Below, in pieces: positions 7,516-15,551 of a stretch of DNA of 19,331 nucleotides. This DNA is from Abditibacteriaceae bacterium (GTDB taxonomy: Bacteria > Armatimonadota > Abditibacteriia > Abditibacteriales > Abditibacteriaceae): NCBI GenBank assembly GCA_031372065.1, contig JANMKN010000374.1:1-19331 (forward strand). Direction: 5' to 3'. Every line of letters starts with the position of its first letter. The stretch's first letter is position 1. The position numbers were made by a program, and so were the translations under genes. Under the pieces are notes generated by a model. That model was not told the origin of the DNA. It saw only the letters and a list, made by a program, of their open reading frames with translations, and searched no databases.

Positions 7516-10185
7516 ATGCCGAAAAATATCACAATGTCATCTTCTTTATCCGAAAAAACCGAAATCTCACGCAGCGGCCCGCTGCATTATATGGGAGCCA
7601 TTGCCATCGTTATGGTTTTTGGTCTTTTGCAGTGGTGGCTGATCCAATCCTTCAATTTGAAGATGACGTTTTTGATGTTTTTTCCAGCCATTATGATTGG
7701 TGCCTGGTATGGCGGCTGGCGACCGGGCGCCTTAGCAACCTTGTTATCGGGCGCCTTGGCTGATTATTATTTTTTGGAGCCAATTCACCACTTCTTGCCC
7801 CTCAAAGATCACGGCCAAATCTGGACGTTATTGATTTTCATCGCCGAGGGCTTTTTCATTAGCGCTTTATGTGAAGCGCGCTTGCATTCGCGGTGGGCTT
7901 TGCTGGAAGAGCGCACTTTATTGGAAGGCCGCGTGCAAGAACGCACCCGCGAAATCTCGGCAGCCAACGTTCAATTAGCCGCGCAAGTCGCCGAGCGCGA
8001 ACAAGCCCAAATTGCCTTATCCGAATCGGAATCGAAGTTTCGCTCTGTCGTCGAAACAGCCAGCGATGCCATCGTAATGAGCGATGCCGACGGCAACATC
8101 GTTTTTTGGAATCGCGGCGCTTGTGAAATGTTTGGCTACGACGACGCCGAAGTTTTGCATAAGCCAGTCGTCATTTTGATTCCCGAAGAATTTCAAGAAG
8201 CGCACACCAGAGCCATGAAACGCTTGCAAGAAGGAGCGGCGCCGCGTTTATTGGGTCGCCCTTTGGAATTGCGTGGAAGGCATCGTGATGACAGCGAGTT
8301 TCCACTTGAATTGTCGCTCACCGGTTGGCGCATGGGCGAGGAGCAGTTTTACAGCGGCATCATGCGCGACCTAACACAGCGCAAGCAGGCCGAAGAAGAC
8401 CGGATGCATTTAGCCGAAGAGATAGCAGCACGCGCCGAACTCGAAGTCGCAGAAGGCATCTCGCGCTTCATGGCACAGGCCATGAAGCGACTGACGGCTT
8501 CGCTGGACGAGACAACGATTGTGCGCATCTTGGCCGATCTTTGCGCCCCCGCGCTTGGCAATGGCTGCGTGGTGGATTTGGTTCAAACGACAGAAATTAC
8601 ACCGCACACTCCGCTTGATGAATTACGAAATGGATGGCGGGGCGCAAATTTGACGTTGCATCGCGCGGCAGTGGCCGGCTTAGAAGCGGACGTAGCGAAC
8701 CACGACGTTTTTTATGAAGCACCCGATGCGACGATACAATTTGGCCCGTGGCGTGCTTTGTCAACCGGAAAAACCGAAGTTTTGAGGGCCGCCGAAATTG
8801 AGCCGCTGACGCAAGTGGGAGCCGCTTTTGAAGCATGGCGCGACCATTTATCAAGCGAGAACGCGGTTCTCATGTGCGTGCCGCTTATCGCGCGTGGGCA
8901 GGCGCTGGGTGTGTTGACGGTCATTAGCAGCGACGCCGCGCATAATTTAGATGAGGCCAAAGCCAGCATCATCGAGGACTTGGCGCGCAATGCGGCCTTG
9001 ATGATAGATAACGCGCGGCTTTTGTCTGAAACACAGACCGCGAACCGCGCCAAAGACGAGTTTTTAGCAGTGCTCTCGCATGAACTGCGCACGCCGCTGA
9101 CTGCCATTTTGGGTTGGGTGCAACTGCTCAAAGGTGACGGTTTGGATGATGATACCACGCAACGCGCCTTGGAAATCATCGAGCGCAATACCAATGCGCA
9201 AGGGCAACTTATCGAAGACCTTTTAGATTTGTCGCGCATTATAAGCGGCAAATTGCGCTTGGAACTTCACCCAATTGACCTCGAACCGAGCATCCAAGGC
9301 GCCTTAGACGCGGTGCGTCCGGCAATGAAAGTCAAAGAGATTGAGTTGACTATTTCTGTGGCGCCTGTTGAAGGTGTAGTCATGGGCGATGCCCATCGTT
9401 TGCAGCAGGTTTTGTGGAATCTTTTGGCGAACGCAGTGAAATTCACCTCTAAAGGCGGACGCATTGAAGTTTCGATGCAGCAGTTTGAATCCTTTGTTGA
9501 AATCACGGTGAGCGATAGCGGACGCGGCATCAGCGCCGAGTTTTTGCCTTATGTTTTTGATCGTTTTCGTCAGGCCGATTCGTCCAGCACGCGGCAGCAT
9601 GGCGGTTTGGGTTTGGGCTTGGCGATTGTGCGTCATGTCACCGAATTGCACGGTGGCAGCGTTCAAGCCACCAGCGACGGGCCAGAACGCGGCGCTACTT
9701 TTAAAATTTCCTTGCCGGTAGCATCCGCCACACAAAATGCCGCTGGAGAGGAAACCGAAAACGCTGAAAATCACATGATTCCCGCCACCGATTCAGCGCA
9801 TTTGTTAAGCAATATGCGCGTTTTGTTAGTGGATGATGAATACGATACGCGCGAGATGTTCAGTGCGGCTCTCCGGCGCTATGGCGCACAAGTCAAAACC
9901 TGCGCGACAGTGCGCGAAGCCTTAGCGACCCTACCCACATGGCAGCCGCGTGTTGTGGTTTCAGATATTGGAATGCCCGATGAAGATGGCTACGAATTAA
10001 TTCGTCAAGTGCGCGCTCTGCCTGCCGACCAAGGCGGCGACGTGCCCGCGATGGCGCTGACAGCTTATGCCCGCTCCACAGACCGCGAACGCACCTTAGA
10101 AGCCGGTTTTAATATTCACGTCGCCAAACCCGTTGATCCCTACACTTTGGCTTCTCTCGTCGCCGAATTAGGTGGCGAAAAGTAA
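7516..10185 (+). CDS. Hybrid sensor histidine kinase (DUF4118-like TM region, PAS, GAF, HisKA, HATPase, REC)
   Basis: PAS (VFWNRGACEMFGY...RDLTQRK), GAF (VPLIARGQALGVL), H-box FLAVLSHELRTPL, N-box NLLANAVKFT, DSGRGI, GLGLGL, REC (LLVDD, SDIGMPDEDG, KP). Start could be 7495, 7516 or 7534. Confidence 0.95.
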   Translation: MPKNITMSSSLSEKTEISRSGPLHYMGAIAIVMVFGLLQWWLIQSFNLKMTFLMFFPAIMIGAWYGGWRPGALATLLSGALADYYFLEPIHHFLPLKDHGQIWTLLIFIAEGFFISALCEARLHSRWALLEERTLLEGRVQERTREISAANVQLAAQVAEREQAQIALSESESKFRSVVETASDAIVMSDADGNIVFWNRGACEMFGYDDAEVLHKPVVILIPEEFQEAHTRAMKRLQEGAAPRLLGRPLELRGRHRDDSEFPLELSLTGWRMGEEQFYSGIMRDLTQRKQAEEDRMHLAEEIAARAELEVAEGISRFMAQAMKRLTASLDETTIVRILADLCAPALGNGCVVDLVQTTEITPHTPLDELRNGWRGANLTLHRAAVAGLEADVANHDVFYEAPDATIQFGPWRALSTGKTEVLRAAEIEPLTQVGAAFEAWRDHLSSENAVLMCVPLIARGQALGVLTVISSDAAHNLDEAKASIIEDLARNAALMIDNARLLSETQTANRAKDEFLAVLSHELRTPLTAILGWVQLLKGDGLDDDTTQRALEIIERNTNAQGQLIEDLLDLSRIISGKLRLELHPIDLEPSIQGALDAVRPAMKVKEIELTISVAPVEGVVMGDAHRLQQVLWNLLANAVKFTSKGGRIEVSMQQFESFVEITVSDSGRGISAEFLPYVFDRFRQADSSSTRQHGGLGLGLAIVRHVTELHGGSVQATSDGPERGATFKISLPVASATQNAAGEETENAENHMIPATDSAHLLSNMRVLLVDDEYDTREMFSAALRRYGAQVKTCATVREALATLPTWQPRVVVSDIGMPDEDGYELIRQVRALPADQGGDVPAMALTAYARSTDRERTLEAGFNIHVAKPVDPYTLASLVAELGGEK

Positions 10186-10190
10186 AAACA

Positions 10191-12167
10191 TCAGCCCATT
10201 TTGCGAATCGGGCCATTTATATCGTAGTGAAAGCGTTCGCGGATGGAAGCCACCGAAGAAGCCGCCCAATACTGGCCGCTGCGATCTGCTTTCCAAAAAT
10301 CGGCGTAAGACAAAAGCAGCGGCAAATCGTCCGGCGTGCCGACATAACCCAACAAAAACGCGGCGTGCGGTTTATCGCCGAAATTCTCTTCCTGCAAAAC
10401 ACGACGCAAAAGCGGACGCATTTTTTCGCCTTGCAATTCCTTGAGCATATCCATCGCCTGTCGGCGCGTCTCGCCATCGTTGTGTTTTAGCAACGCCAAA
10501 GCGCCCGCTTCGACTGGCGCGCCGCCGATTTGAATTAACGCTTCTTTGACGGCATACGCGGCATAATCAAAGGTCTTCGGAAGCGCTGTCAGCAAAAATT
10601 CGACGGCGGACGCATCGCCCAAATCGCCTAAGCGATAGATGATCCAACTTTTAACATCGCGCGTTAATTCTTTAGGCGGATTTTTCAATAAAGCGACTAA
10701 GGATTGTGCTTCATTTTTCGAGGCAAGGGCAAGGCGCACAGACCCCAAACTTTCCCACACAGGCTGCCATTCTTTATCCATGCTTTCCGGCACACTGCGC
10801 CATGTCGCGGCATCGGCCAAAAACGCTAACGGCATCAGCAAAGTTTGCATTTCATCGGCGTTCGGTTTCTTGTCCGCATTCAGGCGCAGTTGCAGGTTCT
10901 TCAACGCTTGTGCCGTGCCCGATTCGCGGGCGATTGGCCCTAAATTGCGCAAAGTGAAAGTCGCCAGCATATCGGCTTTATCGGTTTGATAATACAAACT
11001 TTTGGGCCGCATATCGTGCAACAGGTTTTGCAGCGCCGGCACAAGAGTTATGTCCGGCATTAAGCGAATCAATTTGAGAAGACTTTCGGCTTGGAGATAA
11101 TCATTTTGCTGCGCCGCTTGCCGCAAAATCAAAGCACGCAGGCGCGCTTTACCTTCGGCGTCTAAAAAGGGCAAAATCTCCTCGCCTGTCCACGAAATGA
11201 TGCTGGTGCCCGCAAAAATACCGGATTCTTTGTTTTCCATCACGCCCAGCAAAGCCCGCGCGCCTGCGGTTTTATCTTTTTGAAAAAGCGCCTTCGCTTC
11301 GTGAAACGGCGTGGTTGGTTTTTCAACTTTGACCCTCGCATCGCGCTTTGCCAAATAATCTTGCGCGGTGCGTTTGAGAAATTCATTGACCTCACCATCA
11401 AGCAATACAGCGCGCATCGCTTCAGTCACGCCCGGCGCGCCGGGATAACGATAAGTCAAAGTTTGCGCCGCCGTGCCCCGGATTTTTTTGCTGGGATCGT
11501 TCAACGCGGATAGCAAAAGCGGCACGGCGCGCAAGTCGTTCATGGTGCCCAAAGTCGTCATAAAGTCGGCGCGTTGGGTTTCGTTCAGCAAGGGCAAGAC
11601 GCTTCCGATAAGGTCAAAATTCATCGCTTCGCGCATCCCGCTCAAAGCCGAAGCCAACTCCATAGTGAGCATGATGTCTTCGGGCGCGACTTTGCCATCG
11701 CGCACGATTTTTTGCAAAGCCAGAAGTTGCTCGCGTTCAGCAGGCAACTGATAAACGGTCAACAATAATTTCAAATTTGTGATGCTCTGAGGCGAACTGT
11801 AGGCTTCGAGAACTTGCCACGGCGAGGCATCTGCGCCTTTGTTTTTCTTCAACAAAACGGCAAGGGTCGAACCGCCGCGCAGTGGGACATCGGCGGTGGA
11901 AATTCTGCCGGGAAGCATAATAATGTCGCCAACTTGCGCTTTGCCTTGCAGCACTTCGCGCACCGTTAGCTTGTATTGAAAATCCGGCGCGGCGGGAGCG
12001 CCCACATCCACGACAACGGCCAAATCCATTTGCTGCGCATAGTAACTGACCGGCATGAATCCACGACGCGAAGCCAGCGCCGCGCTGGGCGCGACAAGCA
12101 AAAACTGAAGGGCAACGGCCAGAAGCAGAAAAAATCGCATGGCTCGTTTGACCTTGCGACACAACAT
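10191..12167 (-). CDS. Exported HEAT/PBS-lyase-like repeat protein
   Basis: Signal-peptide-like RFFLLLAVALQFLLVAPSAALA; HEAT-like repeats AVPLLLSALNDPSKKIRGTAAQTL, LGDLGDASAVEFLLTAL, LLKHNDGETRRQAMDML. AAGGA RBS before ATG 12167 (alternative start 12140). Confidence 0.8.
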   Translation of the reverse strand: MLCRKVKRAMRFFLLLAVALQFLLVAPSAALASRRGFMPVSYYAQQMDLAVVVDVGAPAAPDFQYKLTVREVLQGKAQVGDIIMLPGRISTADVPLRGGSTLAVLLKKNKGADASPWQVLEAYSSPQSITNLKLLLTVYQLPAEREQLLALQKIVRDGKVAPEDIMLTMELASALSGMREAMNFDLIGSVLPLLNETQRADFMTTLGTMNDLRAVPLLLSALNDPSKKIRGTAAQTLTYRYPGAPGVTEAMRAVLLDGEVNEFLKRTAQDYLAKRDARVKVEKPTTPFHEAKALFQKDKTAGARALLGVMENKESGIFAGTSIISWTGEEILPFLDAEGKARLRALILRQAAQQNDYLQAESLLKLIRLMPDITLVPALQNLLHDMRPKSLYYQTDKADMLATFTLRNLGPIARESGTAQALKNLQLRLNADKKPNADEMQTLLMPLAFLADAATWRSVPESMDKEWQPVWESLGSVRLALASKNEAQSLVALLKNPPKELTRDVKSWIIYRLGDLGDASAVEFLLTALPKTFDYAAYAVKEALIQIGGAPVEAGALALLKHNDGETRRQAMDMLKELQGEKMRPLLRRVLQEENFGDKPHAAFLLGYVGTPDDLPLLLSYADFWKADRSGQYWAASSVASIRERFHYDINGPIRKMG

Positions 12168-12190
12168 TAAAGTTCCTTTAGCAATCAGAT

Positions 12191-12595
12191 TTAGCAATCG
12201 GTGAGTTCGATGTAATGCTGGTCGGGGTCTTCCAGAAAATACGAACGGCGCCCGCTGGCAAATTCCACCGGGCCTTTGATTTCCATGCCCTGCGTTTTCA
12301 AATTCTGCGCAAAGCCATCCAACTCCGCCGCTTCAACTCGAAACGCCGCATGATAAACGCCGCCACGCGGCCCGTTTTCCGCGTAGCCGGTGCGCGCTAA
12401 ATACTCGTTTGCCAGGGGCGTTCCGGGGTCGCGCGGGTTGAACAGCACCAGCAAAAAATCGCCGCTGCGCAAAAACGCATTGCGATTTTCGTCCACGCTT
12501 TCGATAGTAAAACCGAGCTTTTCATAAAACGCCATCGCGCGATTCATATCGTCCACCCACAACGCCAATTCGGAAATGCTTTTGATAAGGGCCAT
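12191..12595 (-). CDS. VOC/glyoxalase family protein
   Basis: SELALWVDDMNRAMAFYEKLGF, HAAFRV, RSYFLEDPDQHYIEL. Confidence 0.9.
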   Translation of the reverse strand: MALIKSISELALWVDDMNRAMAFYEKLGFTIESVDENRNAFLRSGDFLLVLFNPRDPGTPLANEYLARTGYAENGPRGGVYHAAFRVEAAELDGFAQNLKTQGMEIKGPVEFASGRRSYFLEDPDQHYIELTDC

Positions 12596-12598
12596 AGT

Positions 12599-14248
12599 TC
12601 AAAAACTCGCTGCTATATTTTCGGCGCAGCGGAAGGCTAAGGCGAAAATTGTTAAAACGGGGTTGAAGCCGCCATTGGTGACGTGCAGGCTGCCGTCAAT
12701 GACGAAGAGGTTGTCATGTCCATGCACGTGCCCGAAGGAATCGCAGACGGAAGTTTGCGGGTCGTTTCCCATGCGACAGGTTCCGGCTTGATGCTGCCCG
12801 CCGCTCAGTCCTAAACCGACAGGATAACTCCACACTTGGGCAGCGCCCCCCGCGCGCAGCCACTCTTCGGCGCGGTGGCGCATAAAGTTAGCGGTGCGCA
12901 CGGTTTCTTCGTGCTGCGCCCCCGAAAAATGCGCGACGGGCAAGCCCCATTGGTCGCGCACGGTTTCGTCCACGCGCACGCGGCCTGCGGGCGAGGGAAT
13001 TTCCTGAACGGGGCCTTGGATATGCAGCAGGCGATTATAGCCATCGCGCATGAAATGTTTGGCCTCAATGCCCCATTTTTTCATGCCCGGCGGAAAACTG
13101 CCGCGCCAGAAAATCAGCGGCAATTTGATAAATTCATCGGCCAACATTCCGCCGCCGATGATGCCGTGTTTTTGGTAATTGCCGTGATTATGCTGGCAAC
13201 TCGCCGTGGAAACGCCGGGGCCGAGGCCGTCGTGAACGATTTCTTCAAACAAGCCAAAAGCACCGGGATAGTAATGGCCTTGCAAATGGCGTCCGACTTG
13301 ATCGGAATTGTTACCCAAACCCTGCGGATGTTTGTCGCTTTTAGAATTGAGCAGCAAGCGCGCCGATTCAACCGCGCCACCGGACACAATCACCATTTTC
13401 GCGCGCACCTCACGGCGTTCTTTGATGCCATTTTCGTCAACGAAATAACTGAGGCCAATCACTTTGCCTTGTGCATCGGTTTCGATGTTGGCGGCGTGCG
13501 CGCCGGTTTGCAAATCGCAAAGTCCGGTCGCCAAAGCGCGCGGCAGCATAGTGTTTTGCGAACCGTTTTTCGCGTCTGTCGGGCAGGCGAAACCGACGCA
13601 ATACGAACACTGCGCACACGCCGCGCGATTATTATAAGGCGCGGTATTGATGAGCAGCGGCACCGGTTGAGTGTGCCATTTCAAAGTTTGCGCGCCGCGT
13701 CGCATGACGCGGCGCGAGGGCGAATCGGCAACCGGCGGCAAGGGATAGTTTTTGGCGCGCGGCGTGATCTGATTGTTTAATTCTCCATGACCAGCCACGC
13801 CGATTTGCCACTCGGCTTTTTCATAGTGCGGGGCTAAATCGTCATAGGAAATCGGCCAATCGGCGAGTGAACTGCCGTCCGGCACGCCGTAAGTTGTCGC
13901 CATGCGAAAATCTTGCGCCATAAAACGCCACGCCTGCGCGCCATAAACGCGCGTGCCGCCACCAACGCACGCCGCGTTGTTGTGATAACCGCCTTCGTGC
14001 GGTCTAACGGTGCGCGATTGGCCATCTTGCAGTTCAATCACGCGCGGGTCGCCACTGATATTTGGCCCGGCGTTGTGCCCGTAAAGTGAAAGACGCTGAT
14101 TGCGCAAATGATCGCGCGGCACATCTTGAAATTGCAGCGCGGCGCCACGTTCGAGCAACAAAACGCGCAAGCCCGCCTCGCATAAAATGCCCGCTACCGT
14201 GCCGCCCGCCGCGCCCGCCCCAGAAATAACCGCATCGTAATGTTGCAT
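12599..14248 (-). CDS. GMC-family FAD oxidoreductase (gluconate 2-dehydrogenase / glycoside 3-dehydrogenase flavoprotein type)
   Basis: GAGAAGG FAD motif, VGGGT, DWPISYDDLAPHYEKAE, CAQCSYCVGFACP Cys cluster, VGRHLQGH, HQAGTCRMG, NPVLTIFALAFR. Confidence 0.93.
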   Translation of the reverse strand: MQHYDAVISGAGAAGGTVAGILCEAGLRVLLLERGAALQFQDVPRDHLRNQRLSLYGHNAGPNISGDPRVIELQDGQSRTVRPHEGGYHNNAACVGGGTRVYGAQAWRFMAQDFRMATTYGVPDGSSLADWPISYDDLAPHYEKAEWQIGVAGHGELNNQITPRAKNYPLPPVADSPSRRVMRRGAQTLKWHTQPVPLLINTAPYNNRAACAQCSYCVGFACPTDAKNGSQNTMLPRALATGLCDLQTGAHAANIETDAQGKVIGLSYFVDENGIKERREVRAKMVIVSGGAVESARLLLNSKSDKHPQGLGNNSDQVGRHLQGHYYPGAFGLFEEIVHDGLGPGVSTASCQHNHGNYQKHGIIGGGMLADEFIKLPLIFWRGSFPPGMKKWGIEAKHFMRDGYNRLLHIQGPVQEIPSPAGRVRVDETVRDQWGLPVAHFSGAQHEETVRTANFMRHRAEEWLRAGGAAQVWSYPVGLGLSGGQHQAGTCRMGNDPQTSVCDSFGHVHGHDNLFVIDGSLHVTNGGFNPVLTIFALAFRCAENIAASF

Positions 14249-14250
14249 AT

Positions 14251-14670
14251 TCAGAGTCCCAAAATCTCCAGCGGCGATTGCTCTTTCACGAAATTGATAG
14301 CGCCAATTACCCCAAAAAGAATCAGCACTACGTAAACCGTAAGTGCTGTTTGCAACGCTTGATTATTTTTCAAAACACCTTTTCCATTCAGGCCCATCAG
14401 CCGACAGAATCCATAGCTTAAACTGGCGGGAATAAATGCCATGATAAAAGCACTTAACAGGCTTAACCCAGCTAAGTTCAGACGCCCATTTAATGTTCTG
14501 CTTTGCACTATAGTGTCAAAATTTTCCATCGAATGAATCCAAGGCATCATGAAAAAGAGGACGCCCCACATGACTGCGAACAAAACATTAGTCGTTAAAC
14601 AAAACCAATTTGTCAGTTTTGCAAGCGAGTCTTTTTCTTTTACCTGTCCAGAAATCCGATCATTTGCCAT
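14251..14670 (-). CDS. Hypothetical three-TM membrane protein, AT-rich
   Basis: Three hydrophobic segments. GGAG 8 nt before ATG 14670, which lies inside the upstream gene. Stop is 2 nt before the GMC start. About 42% GC in two 60-nt lines counted. Confidence 0.65.
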   Translation of the reverse strand: MANDRISGQVKEKDSLAKLTNWFCLTTNVLFAVMWGVLFFMMPWIHSMENFDTIVQSRTLNGRLNLAGLSLLSAFIMAFIPASLSYGFCRLMGLNGKGVLKNNQALQTALTVYVVLILFGVIGAINFVKEQSPLEILGL

Positions 14671-15059
14671 GATTTTTTCTCCGTGTTGCCGCCGTTGCCG
14701 GGATCAGCGTAATAGCCTTCGGCGCTGTGGTGGAGCATTGCATCAAAAAAGTGGCGCGCGTTGACGGGCCAATTGGTCTGCGTGGCGCCGCGCTCAATGT
14801 CGGCCAAAATTTCGTCTTGCGCGGCTTCGTTTAAGGCGACGAAATCTTGCGCGTGGCGCGTTTGGGCTTCTGCATTTAAAAAATCCAACCCGGCGCGATA
14901 AAGTTCGATTTGCGCGGCCAAATCGCCGGAAAATTGTGCAGCTAAATAATCGCCCGCGCCGTTGTCCCACGCATTGGGAAAATCATCGGTGGGAATGAGG
15001 CGATTAAAAGCGGCGCGCAAGGTGGCAATTTGCGGTGGCGTCAAAAAAGAAGCAAGCAT
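14640..15059 (-). CDS. Gluconate 2-dehydrogenase subunit 3 family protein
   Basis: RLIPTDDFPNAWDNGAGDYL, FVALNEAAQDEILADIE, FF..M....EGYYADPGNGGN..KSWQMIGF. Start ATG 15059 (alternative 15071). Confidence 0.9.
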   Translation of the reverse strand: MLASFLTPPQIATLRAAFNRLIPTDDFPNAWDNGAGDYLAAQFSGDLAAQIELYRAGLDFLNAEAQTRHAQDFVALNEAAQDEILADIERGATQTNWPVNARHFFDAMLHHSAEGYYADPGNGGNTEKKSWQMIGFLDR

Positions 15060-15190
15060 GAAGGAATCCATCAGAAAATCTGCGAACTGTGGCGGAAGTT
15101 TAGCACTTCGGCAAAAGAGCAAGCGGCGCGAAAATTCCAAATTTTACGTTTGCGAAATGAGCCTGAAACTCAAAAAAGCTACAATCGCAG

Positions 15191-15245
15191 AGGCCGGAAG
15201 CGGGCGTCTGTTTCCCATCGCGCGGGCGCCCGCTTTCGGTTTTTC
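15191..15245 (+). other. Long GC-rich stem-loop followed by a T-run (terminator-like or 5' hairpin)
   Basis: CCGGAAGCGGGCGTCTG (15194-15210) pairs with CGGGCGCCCGCTTTCGG (15223-15239). All non-Watson-Crick pairs are G.U on the + strand. TTTTT follows. Confidence 0.65.
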
Positions 15246-15328
15246 TGATCCTTAAAAAGACCGCCGATTGATTTACCCGCCAACAAAGCCTTGCAACGAC
15301 AAGTGCTATCATTTCTTGATGGGGCTTT

Positions 15329-15344
15329 GTAACATACACGAAAC
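15329..15344 (+). promoter_or_regulatory. GlnR-box-like site GTAAC-N6-GAAAC upstream of glnA
   Basis: GTAAC atacac GAAAC is an exact match to the actinobacterial GlnR a-site/b-site consensus gTnAc-n6-GaAAc, located about 210 bp upstream of a glutamine synthetase gene. Confidence 0.55.
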
Positions 15345-15429
15345 ACAGCACGATTAGGTTAGTAATCAATGTCCGCGCCAAAAACCAAGGGCCTTGGCTG
15401 CAAACGGGAATACGTCCCGACAAAGTTGT

Positions 15430-15466
15430 AAAATAAGGACGGGCACGGTTGCCCGTCCTTATTTTT
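15430..15466 (+). terminator. Intrinsic terminator-like hairpin upstream of glnA
   Basis: Perfect 16-bp stem AAAATAAGGACGGGCA-cggt-TGCCCGTCCTTATTTT ending in TTATTTTT; potentially bidirectional. Confidence 0.8.
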
Positions 15467-15551
15467 GTGCGCAGTTGTTGCGCGCCGTTTTCGTTGCCAC
15501 TTGGTTGTCACAAGAATTCTAAGTCATCGCCTGTAAGGAGCGACTTTCATT

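Noticed and set aside
7516..10185. Orphan hybrid kinase as a novel system
   Set aside because: The domain architecture is common and its motifs are intact; nothing unusual beyond the lack of an adjacent response regulator.
12836..13780. Long antisense ORFs (314 aa here; also 2932-3606, 4651-5187, 6475-7083, 8712-9251)
   Set aside because: Shadow ORFs opposite well-supported genes in GC-rich DNA, with no recognisable motifs.
15060..15430. Known glutamine (glnA-motif) riboswitch, T-box or ANTAR dual hairpin
   Set aside because: CGGAAGT near 15093 lacks the flanking CGTT...AACG stem, there is no T-box sequence, and only one weak ANTAR-like loop (ACAAAGTTGT) is present.
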